This document shows, piece after piece, positions 41,784 to 52,090 of a stretch of DNA of 64,000 bases; the first letter of the stretch is position 1; each line of letters opens with the position of its first letter. This DNA comes from an uncultured Acidobacteriaceae bacterium (GTDB lineage: Bacteria > Acidobacteriota > Terriglobia > Terriglobales > Acidobacteriaceae). The DNA lies in NCBI GenBank assembly GCA_963794195.1, contig CAWCCU010000002.1, forward strand, positions 58,909 to 122,908, written 5' to 3'. Position numbers and translations under genes: made by a program. The notes beneath the pieces were generated by a model. That model had not been told where the DNA came from. It was given only the letters and a program-made list of their open reading frames with translations, and made no database searches.

Positions 41784-41969
41784 ATCTCTTTTCAATTCTT
41801 GAAAGAGCGGTGCCTGAGCGACTGTTCCATCCAAGAATCTGTGCGGATCCTGCCTGGTGCTATTCAAGCTGCTTATTCATCTATTAAATGTGGAGCGCTG
41901 GCGGCTTCTTCGTTACGGGCGCAAACTTGATAGTCTTTTAGCTGAGAGCTGACGGCTGAAAGCTGAGAG
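41751..41969. repeat. inverted pair of AGCTNTC-word arms bracketing the accD-folC spacer
   Basis: The arms are CCGTCAGCTGTCAGCTCTCAGCTGTCAGCTTGA (41751-41783, including the accD stop) and AGCTGAGAGCTGACGGCTGAAAGCTGAGAG (41940-41969, ending at the folC ATG). They are approximate reverse complements. Confidence 0.75.
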
Positions 41970-43316
41970 ATGCCCTTGTCCTACAAAACTGCCCTGGACC
42001 GTATGTACGCACTGGGTCATGAACTGACGCAGACTCCGTCGCAGAAGTTTGACTTGGCGCATATGCGGGTGCTGCTTGGTGCGCTGAACAATCCTGAGCG
42101 ACGCTTTCCAGGCGTGCTGATTGCCGGCACCAATGGCAAGGGATCGACTGCGGCCACAATGGCTTCCATCCTGCAAGCATCCGGATTACGCGTGGGACTT
42201 TACACCTCGCCGCATTTGGTTCGAATCAACGAAAGAATTCGAATCAATGGTGAGTCGATCCGCGACGACGACTTTGCTCTGCTTCACGATGTAGTGGACC
42301 GCACCGCGGAGCGGCTGGTGAGTGAAGGCGAATTACCGTGGCATCCCAGTTTCTTCGAGATGCTGACGGCGATGGCGTTTGAATATTTCGCGCGAAAGAA
42401 AATTGAGATCGCGGTGCTCGAAGTTGGCATGGGCGGTAGGCTCGATGCGACGAATGTCATTGAGCCACGAGTCAGCGTGATCACCGATATTTCGCTCGAT
42501 CATCAGAAATTCCTGGGTGACACGGTGACAGAAATTGCGCGCGAGAAGGCGGGCATTATTCGTCCGGGCGGAGTAGTGGTGACTTTGCCGCAACAGCCCC
42601 AGGCCAATGACGTAATCGGAAACAAAATTCTGGATGTGGGCGCGATCGGCATTAGCGCTGTTCAGTACGTTCCGCCGGTTTCTCCGGCGAGTGCGGAGTA
42701 TTTTGAAAGCGGCGAGAAGCTTTCTCGCTATCCCATGCAGTTCCTGGGGAAAGAAATTGTAGTGGAAACTTCGCTGGTCGGGCGGCATCAATTAAGAAAT
42801 ATTGCGCTGGCATTGGCGGCCGCGGAAGAATTGAGTAAGCAGGGATTTCCCGTGACGGCCGAGGCCGCAGAGCGCGGCATCCGCGAAACTCGCTGGCCGG
42901 GGCGCTTTCAAGTTATTTCGGGCCGCGCGGATTCGCCCGAGTTCGTTCTCGACGTCGCTCATAATCCGGCTGGGGCGTGGGCATTGCGCTCCACGCTCTC
43001 GACTGCTTATGAAGATCGCCGTCTGGTATTTGTTTTCGGCGCGATGCGGGACAAAGCGATCGCTGAAATCGCTGAAATCCTGTTTCCACTGGCGGAGCGA
43101 GTGATCGCCACGCAGGCGGACAACCCACGTTCCGCTACGTCAAAAGAAATCCGCGAGGCTGCGGCGCGCATCTCAATCGAGATGGAAGATGCCGCAGATG
43201 TTCCAGCAGCTCTTCAACGGGCACGAATGCTTGCTGCGCGGGAGGGCGTGGTGGTGGTCACCGGTTCCATATACATTGTAGGAGAGGCGATGCGCGCTCT
43301 GGGAATTGAGACTTAA
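41970..43316 (+). CDS. folC: bifunctional folylpolyglutamate synthase / dihydrofolate synthase
   Basis: P-loop GTNGKGST, LEVGMGGRLDATN and HNPAGA. 448 aa. The accD-folC order is conserved. Confidence 0.92.
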   Translation: MPLSYKTALDRMYALGHELTQTPSQKFDLAHMRVLLGALNNPERRFPGVLIAGTNGKGSTAATMASILQASGLRVGLYTSPHLVRINERIRINGESIRDDDFALLHDVVDRTAERLVSEGELPWHPSFFEMLTAMAFEYFARKKIEIAVLEVGMGGRLDATNVIEPRVSVITDISLDHQKFLGDTVTEIAREKAGIIRPGGVVVTLPQQPQANDVIGNKILDVGAIGISAVQYVPPVSPASAEYFESGEKLSRYPMQFLGKEIVVETSLVGRHQLRNIALALAAAEELSKQGFPVTAEAAERGIRETRWPGRFQVISGRADSPEFVLDVAHNPAGAWALRSTLSTAYEDRRLVFVFGAMRDKAIAEIAEILFPLAERVIATQADNPRSATSKEIREAAARISIEMEDAADVPAALQRARMLAAREGVVVVTGSIYIVGEAMRALGIET

Positions 43317-43319
43317 TTA

Positions 43320-43403
43320 CCGCAGAGCACGCCGAGACCGCAGAGAGAAGCGAACCCGATATTTTTTCTTTGTCTTTCTCAGCGGTCTCCGCGAGCTCGG
43401 CGG
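43320..43403. repeat. word-repeat palindrome (CGCAGAG words)
   Basis: CCGCAGAGCACGCCGAGACCGCAGAGAGAAG (43320-43350) pairs with the inverted CTCAGCGGTCTCCGCGAGCTCGGCGG (43378-43403). The element starts 4 nt after the folC stop. Confidence 0.7.
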
Positions 43404-43424
43404 TAAATTCTTGACTGAGTTTTT

Positions 43425-44285
43425 ATGCAGGAAGTAAAGGCATCCATCGAGGGCAATGTAGAAGAGCAATCCATGCTCTCGTCCAGTCATGCCGAGACCC
43501 GAGGCCTGAGACCAGCAAAGACATACGGCTGGGGCAGTCGTCTGCGCTCCTATTTTATTTTTGATCCAATCATCTGGCTGTTCACGGTTATTCTGGGAAT
43601 CATTTCGATTCCAGTTTCGTTGTTTGGCGAGAAAACGCGCATCCTGCATAATTTCGCTCGTTTCTGGTCGGAGCTGATCATGAAGACGATCCTCTCGCCC
43701 ACGACGGTCACCGGGCGGGACAAGATCGACATATCAAAACCGATGGTCTATGCCGCGAACCATGCTTCGGCGCTCGATATTCCGGTTTTGTATGTGAACC
43801 TGCCGTTTCAGTTTCGCATCGTCTTCAAAAAAGAATTGCTGGTCTATCCAATCGTGGGATGGCATCTCAAGCGCTCGGGACAGATTTGCATTAATCAGCA
43901 AAATCCGGCGGGATCGATTGGAAGCATTCGCTCGGCGGTGAAAAGTTTGAAAGCCGGCATGCCGCTGGTGATCTTTCCCGAAGGCGGCCGCTCTCGGGAT
44001 GGCGAAATCATGCCGTTTCTTCCGGGCGCATTTTTCATGGCCATTAAAGCGCAGGTGGACGTGGTGCCACTAGCGCTGGTTGGAACTTATGAACTGTTGC
44101 CGATGGATACTTATCACATCAAACCGCGTCGTCTAGAAATGAGAGTGGGCAAACCGATCTCGACTTCGGGGCTCACCTTGCGCGATATGGATTCCCTGTC
44201 CGCAAAAGTTCAGAAGGCGCTTGAGGATTTGTACTACGAGGATCGACCACGACCGCAGAAGCTGCAATTAGCAATCGGCCATTAG
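43425..44285 (+). CDS. plsC: 1-acyl-sn-glycerol-3-phosphate acyltransferase
   Basis: HX4D motif NHASALD and FPEGGRS. N-terminal TM segment. Confidence 0.85.
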   Translation: MQEVKASIEGNVEEQSMLSSSHAETRGLRPAKTYGWGSRLRSYFIFDPIIWLFTVILGIISIPVSLFGEKTRILHNFARFWSELIMKTILSPTTVTGRDKIDISKPMVYAANHASALDIPVLYVNLPFQFRIVFKKELLVYPIVGWHLKRSGQICINQQNPAGSIGSIRSAVKSLKAGMPLVIFPEGGRSRDGEIMPFLPGAFFMAIKAQVDVVPLALVGTYELLPMDTYHIKPRRLEMRVGKPISTSGLTLRDMDSLSAKVQKALEDLYYEDRPRPQKLQLAIGH

Positions 44286-44479
44286 CGATTGGCACCCAGT
44301 ACTCAGCGTTCAATCCTTATGGGATGCGTGGCTGAGTCGGCAAGTCAGTTCGACGGCCAAATGCCAGTCGCTAAATGCAAAAGGTAAACTGCACTGCGAC
44401 CTTGGACCCCAAGCGGTTTGACCCTCCTCCCTCCCTCCCATAAACTTAAGAGATTCAGTAGAGTACGGCCCCAAATCCT

Positions 44480-46426
44480 ATGGCAGACAGCATTCATGTG
44501 ACGCTCCCTGACGGGAGTGTGAAAGACGTTCCCAGCGGCACCACTGCGCTCGAAATCGCGAAATCCATTGGCCCGCGTTTGGCGGATGCCGCTTTAGCCG
44601 CGAAAGCCGACGGCTCCTTGATCGATCTGACCCGGCCGCTGGAGAAAGATACCGCCCTCCGCATCCTCACGGAAAAAGACCCTGAGTCGTTGGAAGTTTT
44701 CCGGCATTCGTCGGCGCATTTGCTGGCGGCCGCGGTGCTTGAGTTATTTCCCGAGACCAAACTTGGCCACGGTCCGCCGACCGAGACTGGATTCTTTTAC
44801 GACTTCTTTCGTCCTACCCCATTTACCACTGAAGATTTGGAGAAGCTGGAAAAGAAGATGCAGGAACTGGTGCAGCAGGATCTTCCTTATGCGCGCGAGT
44901 TCTTGCCACGCGAACAAGGCCTTGAGGAATTTAAAAAAGACGGCGATTTCATGAAGTGTCATTTCATCGAGCAGTTCACCAAGCCTGATGAAAAGATTTC
45001 CATTTATCGCACCGGCAAGTTCACGGACTTTTGCCGCGGCCCGCACATTCCGTCTACGGGAAAAATTAAAGCGTTCAAGCTGTTTAATGTGGCCGGCGCG
45101 TACTGGCTGGGGAAAGAAGGCAATCCTCAGTTGCAGCGCATTTATGGAACTTCTTTCTACTCGCAAAAAGGTCTCGACGAGTATCTCAAGCAGCAGGAAG
45201 AAACCAAGAAGCGCGACCATCGCGTGTTAGGGCAGCAGCTTGATTTGTTTTCCATCCAGGAGCTGGCCGGACCCGGCCTGATCTTTTGGCATCCCAAGGG
45301 CGGGATCATTCGCAAGGAGATGGAGGACTGGATGCGCGAGGAGTACATCAAGCGGGGATATTCGCTGGTGTACACGCCGCACGTGGCGCGCCGGCAGTTG
45401 TGGCAGACCTCGGGACACGAAGGCTACTACGCGGAAAATATGTTTGACCTCATGGAACTGGATGACGCCGAATACCGCATGAAGCCGATGAATTGTCCGT
45501 TCCATATTTTGATTTATAAGGATTCACTGAAGTCGTATCGCGATTTGCCGGTGCGGTTGGGTGAATTGGGGACGGTGTATCGCTACGAGCGTTCCGGCGT
45601 GATGCATGGGCTATTGCGTGTTCGTGGATTTACTCAGGACGATGCTCATATCTTCTGCACGCCCGAGCAAATTGAAGGCGAAGTGAACGGCTGCATCGAC
45701 TTTGCTTTGGATGTATTGAAAGATTTCGGCTTTGATAAATTTCAAGTTGAGCTTTCCACCTGGGACCCCAACGACCGCAAGAATTTCGTGGGCAGCGAAG
45801 AGCAGTGGAATATGTCGACGGGCTTGCTGGAAACCGTCCTGAAGAAACGCAGCATCGAATATAAAACCATTCCCGGCGAAGCTGCGTTTTATGGCCCGAA
45901 AATCGATATCAAGTTGGTCGATGCCATTGGTCGTCTCTGGCAACTCTCAACCGTACAATTCGATTTTAATCTGCCCCAACGATTCGATCTGGAATATGTT
46001 TCCGAAGACGGCTCGCGTAAACAGCCGCTGATGGTGCATCGCGCGTTGTATGGATCGATCGAACGCTTCTTCGGTGTCCTCATCGAACATTACGCAGGCG
46101 CGTTTCCGGTATGGCTCTCGCCGGTGCAGGCGGTGATGATTCCGATTGCCGAGCGCCATGTGGAGTACGCGACCAAAGTGGCCGCACAACTGAAAGAAGC
46201 CGGGGTGCGAGTGCATGTCGACGGGCGGAATGAAAAAATGAATGCGAAAATCCGCGAGCATGCTATGCAGAAGGTGCCGTTCTTGCTGGTGGTGGGGGAT
46301 AAGGAAGCCGAAGCCGGCCGGGTGAATGTCCGCACTCGTGGTAGTGAGAAGACGGAAGATGCCTCATCGGCGGAATTTGTCGAGAAGATCAAAGGGCTGA
46401 TTGCGAGCAGAAGCGCGCAGCTGTGA
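44480..46426 (+). CDS. thrS: threonine--tRNA ligase
   Basis: 648 aa and intact. It has a TGS domain start, HSSAHLLA, class II motifs (FRGPHIP region, RVRGFTQDDAHIF, GAFYGPKID) and a C-terminal anticodon-binding domain. Confidence 0.96.
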   Translation: MADSIHVTLPDGSVKDVPSGTTALEIAKSIGPRLADAALAAKADGSLIDLTRPLEKDTALRILTEKDPESLEVFRHSSAHLLAAAVLELFPETKLGHGPPTETGFFYDFFRPTPFTTEDLEKLEKKMQELVQQDLPYAREFLPREQGLEEFKKDGDFMKCHFIEQFTKPDEKISIYRTGKFTDFCRGPHIPSTGKIKAFKLFNVAGAYWLGKEGNPQLQRIYGTSFYSQKGLDEYLKQQEETKKRDHRVLGQQLDLFSIQELAGPGLIFWHPKGGIIRKEMEDWMREEYIKRGYSLVYTPHVARRQLWQTSGHEGYYAENMFDLMELDDAEYRMKPMNCPFHILIYKDSLKSYRDLPVRLGELGTVYRYERSGVMHGLLRVRGFTQDDAHIFCTPEQIEGEVNGCIDFALDVLKDFGFDKFQVELSTWDPNDRKNFVGSEEQWNMSTGLLETVLKKRSIEYKTIPGEAAFYGPKIDIKLVDAIGRLWQLSTVQFDFNLPQRFDLEYVSEDGSRKQPLMVHRALYGSIERFFGVLIEHYAGAFPVWLSPVQAVMIPIAERHVEYATKVAAQLKEAGVRVHVDGRNEKMNAKIREHAMQKVPFLLVVGDKEAEAGRVNVRTRGSEKTEDASSAEFVEKIKGLIASRSAQL

Positions 46427-46687
46427 AGTCCGTTAGCGTGTTCGTCCCGGAGAAGTAAAAATCCCAAGGAAAAGCTTTTGGATGCAGTGGAGATTCTTCC
46501 GCGCTCAGGATGACATGACCTCTTTGGGAGTGCGGATTTCGACGCTGCGATTTCAAGATCAAAACCCTAATTCGCCATGCCTTAGGTAACTTTTTAACCC
46601 TTCCTTTCACGTGTAATCTTCACCAAGCAAGAAGTCCCGCTGATTTCCTGAATTCCACCAACTAGCTTTGCAAGGACTGCATTTTCT

Positions 46688-47860
46688 ATGGCTTCTCCTG
46701 CGAATCCTGCCGCTACCGGCGCGGCTGTAGCACCAGCCCCAATTTCGACCACCGCCTTGCTCACTACCATGTTGAATAGTTCGCCGAGCATCAGCGATCT
46801 GTTTTTTTCGCCGGGGAAACCGCCGCTAGTGGAGATTAATGGAAAATTGACGACAGCCGGCATCGCACGTGCGGTCACCTCGGAAGATATAAAGAAGATC
46901 GCCGCCGACCTGATGGGACATAGCGAACACGCGGCTGCGGCACTGAAAGAGCTGGGATCCTGCGATGTCTCTTATAGTCTGCCGGGCATGGCTCGTTTTC
47001 GTGTGAATATTTTTATGCAGCGCGGCACCTGCGCCATTGTGATGCGAGTCATTCCCAGCAAAATTCCTGATTTCACTGTGTTGAATCTTCCGGCCGAACT
47101 GGGCGAAATCGTAAATCTACGCAACGGCGTTGTGCTGGTGACCGGACCGACGGGATCGGGGAAGTCTTCCACGCTGGCGGCCATTATCGATCGGGTGAAT
47201 CGCGAGCAGTCTTATCACATTCTGACCATCGAAGATCCCATCGAATTTCTGCACATTCACAAGCATTGCATCATTCATCAGCGGGAACTGCATCGCGATA
47301 CGCCAAGTTTTGCATTAGCTTTGCGGGCGGCACTGCGGCAAGCCCCGAAAGTAATTATGGTCGGCGAAATGCGCGACAAAGAGACCATTGAAATTGCGAT
47401 GGAAGCGGCGGAAACGGGCCACCTCGTGCTTTCCACTTTGCACACCATTGACGCATCGAAAACGATTGAGCGCATCGTTGGCGTCTTCCCGATGGTCGAG
47501 CAGAATACGATTCGCAATCGTCTGGCGAAAAGCTTTCGCTACATCGTTTCGCAAAGATTGATTCCTCGCAAGGATGGAGCTGGACGAATTGCTGCCATCG
47601 AGATTTTGAAATCCACGCTTCGCACCCGCGAATATGTGGAGAAGGGTGAAGGCGAAGGGAAAACTTTGCTGGATGCGATGCGCGTGGGCGGCGAAGAAGG
47701 CATGCAACACTTCGATGGCGAAATCGAGAAATTTATTCGCGCCGGAGTGATCGACATGGAAGTCGGCATGAATTACGCAACCAATCCAGGAAACCTTCGA
47801 CTGGAAATCTCGGATTTCGCGGCCGCGCAAAAGGCGGAATTAGAGGCGGCTCCGGCATAA
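46688..47860 (+). CDS. pilT: type IV pilus retraction ATPase PilT family
   Basis: Walker A GPTGSGKSST, Asp box ILTIEDPIEF, Walker B IMVGEMRD and His box LVLSTLHT. About 40 aa of Ala/Pro-rich N-terminal extension. Confidence 0.85.
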   Translation: MASPANPAATGAAVAPAPISTTALLTTMLNSSPSISDLFFSPGKPPLVEINGKLTTAGIARAVTSEDIKKIAADLMGHSEHAAAALKELGSCDVSYSLPGMARFRVNIFMQRGTCAIVMRVIPSKIPDFTVLNLPAELGEIVNLRNGVVLVTGPTGSGKSSTLAAIIDRVNREQSYHILTIEDPIEFLHIHKHCIIHQRELHRDTPSFALALRAALRQAPKVIMVGEMRDKETIEIAMEAAETGHLVLSTLHTIDASKTIERIVGVFPMVEQNTIRNRLAKSFRYIVSQRLIPRKDGAGRIAAIEILKSTLRTREYVEKGEGEGKTLLDAMRVGGEEGMQHFDGEIEKFIRAGVIDMEVGMNYATNPGNLRLEISDFAAAQKAELEAAPA

Positions 47861-47868
47861 AGCATCGA

Positions 47869-47890
47869 GGCCAGCGGTTTCCCGCTGGCC
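47869..47890. terminator. bidirectional hairpin between convergent pilT and beta-helix genes
   Basis: GGCCAGCGG-TTTC-CCGCTGGCC, a 9-bp perfect stem. Confidence 0.5.
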
Positions 47891-47908
47891 CCAAACTTCC
47901 TCTAAAAT

Positions 47909-49423
47909 TTACTGCTCGTAAGCTCCAATATCAATGTTCGAACCCTGGACCCGCGGATTTCCCGCGTAGTCCACACTTCCCACCACCGGCGATCCCAGAT
48001 TGTCGCCGGCATTCACTGCGCGCGAACCTGACTGCACATGTAGATCGGGAGTCGTGATGCTGAGATATTCGGGATCCACATATTGCGAGTGGGCGTCCTG
48101 TCCGGAAGCGGTTTGGAAAGTGGTAAAACCGGTGATACTTTTTTTCTGCCAGTCCCAGTTAGAATTGGCCGCGGCGACCGAGGAATAGTAGATGTTGAAA
48201 TCCAGGGTTGCCGGGCTAGGCGTGGAATTTGTGTAGTCATTGACCATCAGCGCCTTTGATCCCGCATACACGATGTTGTTTTCGAAAATGTTGTTGGTGG
48301 AGTGGTATTGAATTTGAAACTCGCCGCTCCCGGTGTTCTTGCCGTCGTTCTTTAAGAGCGAGTTATTGACGATGGAAATGTGATCGCTCCCGCCCACCGA
48401 TTTGGCATAGCCTCCGATCGAAATGCCGGCGGAGTTTCCAAAATAAATCAGGTTATTGCGGGCGGTGACGTAACTGGTGGTCTTGCCCGAGTGCTCGCTG
48501 GCCATTTCGATGCCAAGATCCACGTTATGAATTAAGTTACGTTCAATAGTGATGTTTGTCCCGCCGTCGACGTAGATACCGTCCGCGCAGGTGCAGTTGG
48601 CGGAATATGACGGATTTCCGTTGGACGTGATGTTGTAAACGGAATTGAGAGTGATCTGACCGTTGCGCGCCTGATCGTAAGTGGCGTTCGGCGAAACTCC
48701 TTCGAATCCAATGGCGTCGATGCCGATGTTGTTGTTGTCGTGAATCAGATTGTTGGTTACGGTGAAAGTGTCGACGTTGCCATCCAGGGTCAACGATTCG
48801 CTGCAGCCCGTCTTCAAATTGTTCAGTTCGTTGCCGGAGATAGTGATGTGGTTTAGCGAGGCCGGGGCCTGTGATCCATAGAAAGCCACGCCGAGCGCAT
48901 TGGCGTTGCAGCCACTCGCCGAGGTCACAATGTCGTGAACATGATTATTGAGAAGCTGTAAATAGCTTCCGGCTCCGGTGACGTAGACGCCGACCGGAAC
49001 TACGTTTTTCTTGGTCGTGCTGTAATTGCGGATTTCGAAGCCCTTGATGATGACGTAACTTTGGCTGGCAATGTTGAACAGTCCAAACTGGTTTCCGGGA
49101 ATGGCTAACCCGGTGCCATCGACGGCGGGAGTTTGTCCGGAATAATTTTCGAAAGTAATATATCCGGCGGCCGCCGAACCGGATACAGCGATGTTTACGG
49201 TTTCGTTGTAGGTGCCGCCCAGCACTTGCACGGTGTCGCCGGCAGCCACATGATCGGCGGCATACTGGATATTTCTCCATGCGTTGCTGGTGTTCAAACC
49301 GCTATTGCTGTTGCTGCCTGAGGTGGACACATAATAAGTGGTGGCGGATGCGAGAGCGGAGCACAGAAGCGCCAGGGAAATTATTGCAGTTGGGACGAGG
49401 GGACTTCTGAAGGTGCATTTCAT
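47909..49423 (-). CDS. secreted right-handed parallel beta-helix repeat protein (pectate-lyase fold)
   Basis: 504 aa with a signal peptide and an N-terminal TTYYVSTSGSNSNSGLNTSNAWRNIQYAADHVAAGDTVQV. It has repeated NN-I-x-N/G-I beta-helix rungs. Confidence 0.7.
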   Translation of the reverse strand: MKCTFRSPLVPTAIISLALLCSALASATTYYVSTSGSNSNSGLNTSNAWRNIQYAADHVAAGDTVQVLGGTYNETVNIAVSGSAAAGYITFENYSGQTPAVDGTGLAIPGNQFGLFNIASQSYVIIKGFEIRNYSTTKKNVVPVGVYVTGAGSYLQLLNNHVHDIVTSASGCNANALGVAFYGSQAPASLNHITISGNELNNLKTGCSESLTLDGNVDTFTVTNNLIHDNNNIGIDAIGFEGVSPNATYDQARNGQITLNSVYNITSNGNPSYSANCTCADGIYVDGGTNITIERNLIHNVDLGIEMASEHSGKTTSYVTARNNLIYFGNSAGISIGGYAKSVGGSDHISIVNNSLLKNDGKNTGSGEFQIQYHSTNNIFENNIVYAGSKALMVNDYTNSTPSPATLDFNIYYSSVAAANSNWDWQKKSITGFTTFQTASGQDAHSQYVDPEYLSITTPDLHVQSGSRAVNAGDNLGSPVVGSVDYAGNPRVQGSNIDIGAYEQ

Positions 49424-49599
49424 GGTTACGCTCCTTGAAAAAGGTTGAGTTGGGGTTTTTCCTCCGGAAGGTTTACGAAATATTACTAATAGCTTCTTAT
49501 AGTTGCGATTTGTTTTTTAAGGTAATCCGGGCACTGACGACCGTCAAGGGAAAAATTACTGAGGCATGGCATGCCCGCGAGCCACGGTAGAGTGGAACT

Positions 49600-50073
49600 A
49601 TGAAACTGGTTATCGGTGTGATCTCAGACACCCACGGTCTGCTGAGGCCTGAGGCAGTAAAAGCTCTGGCGAATTCAGACTATCTGATTCACGCCGGCGA
49701 CATTGGCGATCCCACTATTCTTCCAGCTCTCACATCCATCGCGCCGGTAACGGCCATCCGCGGGAATGTTGACCACGATCCCTGGGCCCAAAAAATACCG
49801 GCAACGAACGTCCTTGAAATTCAAGGCGTCTCGATTTACATCCTGCACAATCTTGCCGGGCTCGATCTCAAACCCGAAGCCGCCGGATTTGCTGCCGTGA
49901 TCTATGGACACAGTCATGAGCCGAAGCAGGAAATGAAAAATGGCGTGCTGTATTTCAATCCCGGAAGCGCGGGACCAAGGCGATTTAAGCTGCCGGTAAC
50001 TGTGGGAAGGCTCATCGTTGAAGGTCGCACGCTGCGTGCCGAAATTATAAATATCCTTAACGCGGCCGAGTAG
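49600..50073 (+). CDS. metallophosphoesterase (YfcE/MJ0936 family)
   Basis: ISDTHG, HAGDIGD, RGNVD and GHSH motifs. 157 aa. Confidence 0.85.
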   Translation: MKLVIGVISDTHGLLRPEAVKALANSDYLIHAGDIGDPTILPALTSIAPVTAIRGNVDHDPWAQKIPATNVLEIQGVSIYILHNLAGLDLKPEAAGFAAVIYGHSHEPKQEMKNGVLYFNPGSAGPRRFKLPVTVGRLIVEGRTLRAEIINILNAAE

Positions 50074-50171
50074 TGGTGGCCGAGTAGACTTTGCAGAACT
50101 TGCCTTAATGCCTGATAATTCCCGCGCGAACCACCTAAGAGTTGATTGCGAAAATTCGGAGGACTTCCCCG

Positions 50172-51962
50172 ATGAACAAAATGCGGATTTCGTTGCTGGT
50201 CTCATTCGTCACTCTGGCTCTGGCCACAAGTGTTGCGCAAGCCGCTGGACCGTATGAGGTAACTATCGAGCATGAGGTCGAAGCCAAGATGCGCGATGGC
50301 GTGATACTTCGCGCCGACATTTACCGGCCCCGCGCAGATGGGCACTTTCCCGTGCTTCTGCAACGGACGCCGTATGACAAGAATAATAACGGCTGGGGCG
50401 CTGCTTCATTCGGCAGCAAAGCCGCTGCGAACGGATATGTGGTGATCCTGCAGGATGTCCGCGGCCGCTACTCGTCGGACGGCGATTGGTATCCGTTCCT
50501 GCACGAATCTGACGACGGCTATGACAGCGTGGAGTGGGCGGCGGCCCTTCCTTACTCCAATGGAAAGGTTGGAATGTTTGGCGGATCGTATGTGGGCGCG
50601 ACCCAAATGCTGGCCGCCATTGCCCATCCACCGCATCTGGCTGGCATTTATCCGACCGTGACCGCGAGCAATTATCACGATGGCTGGACGTATCAGGGTG
50701 GGGCCTTCGAGCAATGGTTCAGCGAATCGTGGACTTCCGGATTGGCGGAAGACACGGTCAGGCGAGCGGTAACGAAAACCAACAATGCAATGAAGGGCGT
50801 GGAACAGCTACCCTTGACTTCCTATCCGCTGTTTAATTTTTCGCCGCTTTCCAATGCTGAACTCACAACCACTCTGGCTCCTTATTTTCTCGATTGGCTG
50901 TCCCATCCCAACTACGACGATTACTGGAAACGCTGGTCGATTGAAGAGCATTTCGCGGACATCACCGTTCCGGTTCTGACCGAGGCGGCCTGGTACGACA
51001 TTTTTCTCGGCGGATCGTTGCGGAACTACATGGGCATAAAAGCGCATGGGGGCAGCGATGCGGCCCGCCAGGGTCAACGGCTTCTGATTGCCATCGGCGG
51101 ACATGCCGGCGGCGGCCGCAAAGTCGGTGATGTGGATTTTGGGCCCGCCGCTGAATTGCAGGACAAAGACATCACGCTGGAATGGTACGACTTCCTTTTT
51201 AAAGGTGTGCAGAACCGGTTCGCCAAAGACAAACCGGTCAACATTTTTGTGATGGGCGCGAATGAGTGGCGGCAGGAAGACGATTGGCCGGTGCCACAAG
51301 CCCGCAAAACGAAATATTTTCTACACTCAGCGGGAAGCGCGAATTCGAGTAAAGGCGATGGCAGCCTCTCCGCCAAGCCTTCTGCCGCAGAGGCTTCGGA
51401 CCATTACGTTTATGCTCCGGCGACGCCCGTGCCCACAGTTGGCGGTCCACTCTGCTGTGACCCAACGCATCTGCCGGCGGGCCCGCGCGATCAACGTGAA
51501 CTGGAATCGCGCGACGATGTTCTGATCTACTCCACTCCCGTGCTTGATCAGGATATGGAAGCTACCGGCCCGGTGACTCTAGATTTGTATGCCAAGTCAT
51601 CGGCGGTCGACACAGACTTCACGGCCAAGCTGGTCGATGTAGGGCCGGACGGATTTGCCCAAAATCTTACCGAGGGAATCGTCCGTGCCCGTTATCGGGA
51701 CTCGCAGGAAAAGCCCGATTTCATCAAGCCGGGACAGATATACAAGTTCACCATCGATATGTGGGCCACCAGCAATGTGTTTCGCAAGGGACACATTTTG
51801 CGGTTGGAAGTCAGCAGCAGCAATTTTCCCCGTTTCGACCGGAACCTAAACACTGGCGACGATGCGGAACACACCAGAAAATATATGCCGGCCACGAACA
51901 CGATTTATCACGATGCGGGCCATCCATCCGCGCTCACATTGGCGATTGTGCCGAACCAATAA
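50172..51962 (+). CDS. CocE/NonD family hydrolase (S15 X-Pro dipeptidyl-peptidase-like)
   Basis: Start taken at ATG 50172 (MNKMRISLLVSFVTLALA, a signal). It has RTPYDKNN, GMFGGSYVGATQ (nucleophile elbow GxSYxG) and a C-terminal jelly-roll domain ending IYHD..HPS.L.L. Confidence 0.85.
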   Translation: MNKMRISLLVSFVTLALATSVAQAAGPYEVTIEHEVEAKMRDGVILRADIYRPRADGHFPVLLQRTPYDKNNNGWGAASFGSKAAANGYVVILQDVRGRYSSDGDWYPFLHESDDGYDSVEWAAALPYSNGKVGMFGGSYVGATQMLAAIAHPPHLAGIYPTVTASNYHDGWTYQGGAFEQWFSESWTSGLAEDTVRRAVTKTNNAMKGVEQLPLTSYPLFNFSPLSNAELTTTLAPYFLDWLSHPNYDDYWKRWSIEEHFADITVPVLTEAAWYDIFLGGSLRNYMGIKAHGGSDAARQGQRLLIAIGGHAGGGRKVGDVDFGPAAELQDKDITLEWYDFLFKGVQNRFAKDKPVNIFVMGANEWRQEDDWPVPQARKTKYFLHSAGSANSSKGDGSLSAKPSAAEASDHYVYAPATPVPTVGGPLCCDPTHLPAGPRDQRELESRDDVLIYSTPVLDQDMEATGPVTLDLYAKSSAVDTDFTAKLVDVGPDGFAQNLTEGIVRARYRDSQEKPDFIKPGQIYKFTIDMWATSNVFRKGHILRLEVSSSNFPRFDRNLNTGDDAEHTRKYMPATNTIYHDAGHPSALTLAIVPNQ

Positions 51963-52090
51963 CAAATTATTTAGCCTGTTAAATCACATGGGATAGACGC
52001 CCCGTCTGTCCCGCGAGCGTAGCGCGGAATCAGGCCGACTGACGTCCCCAGGGCAGGTGAGGGCACCCGCCGCCACGTTACAATCTCAAA

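Noticed and set aside
44286-44479. Possible leader, riboswitch or tRNA upstream of thrS, including the CCCTCC-rich run at about 44425-44440
   Set aside because: I could not fold a tRNA cloverleaf or a T-box-like specifier/antiterminator by eye. The evidence is insufficient to call anything.
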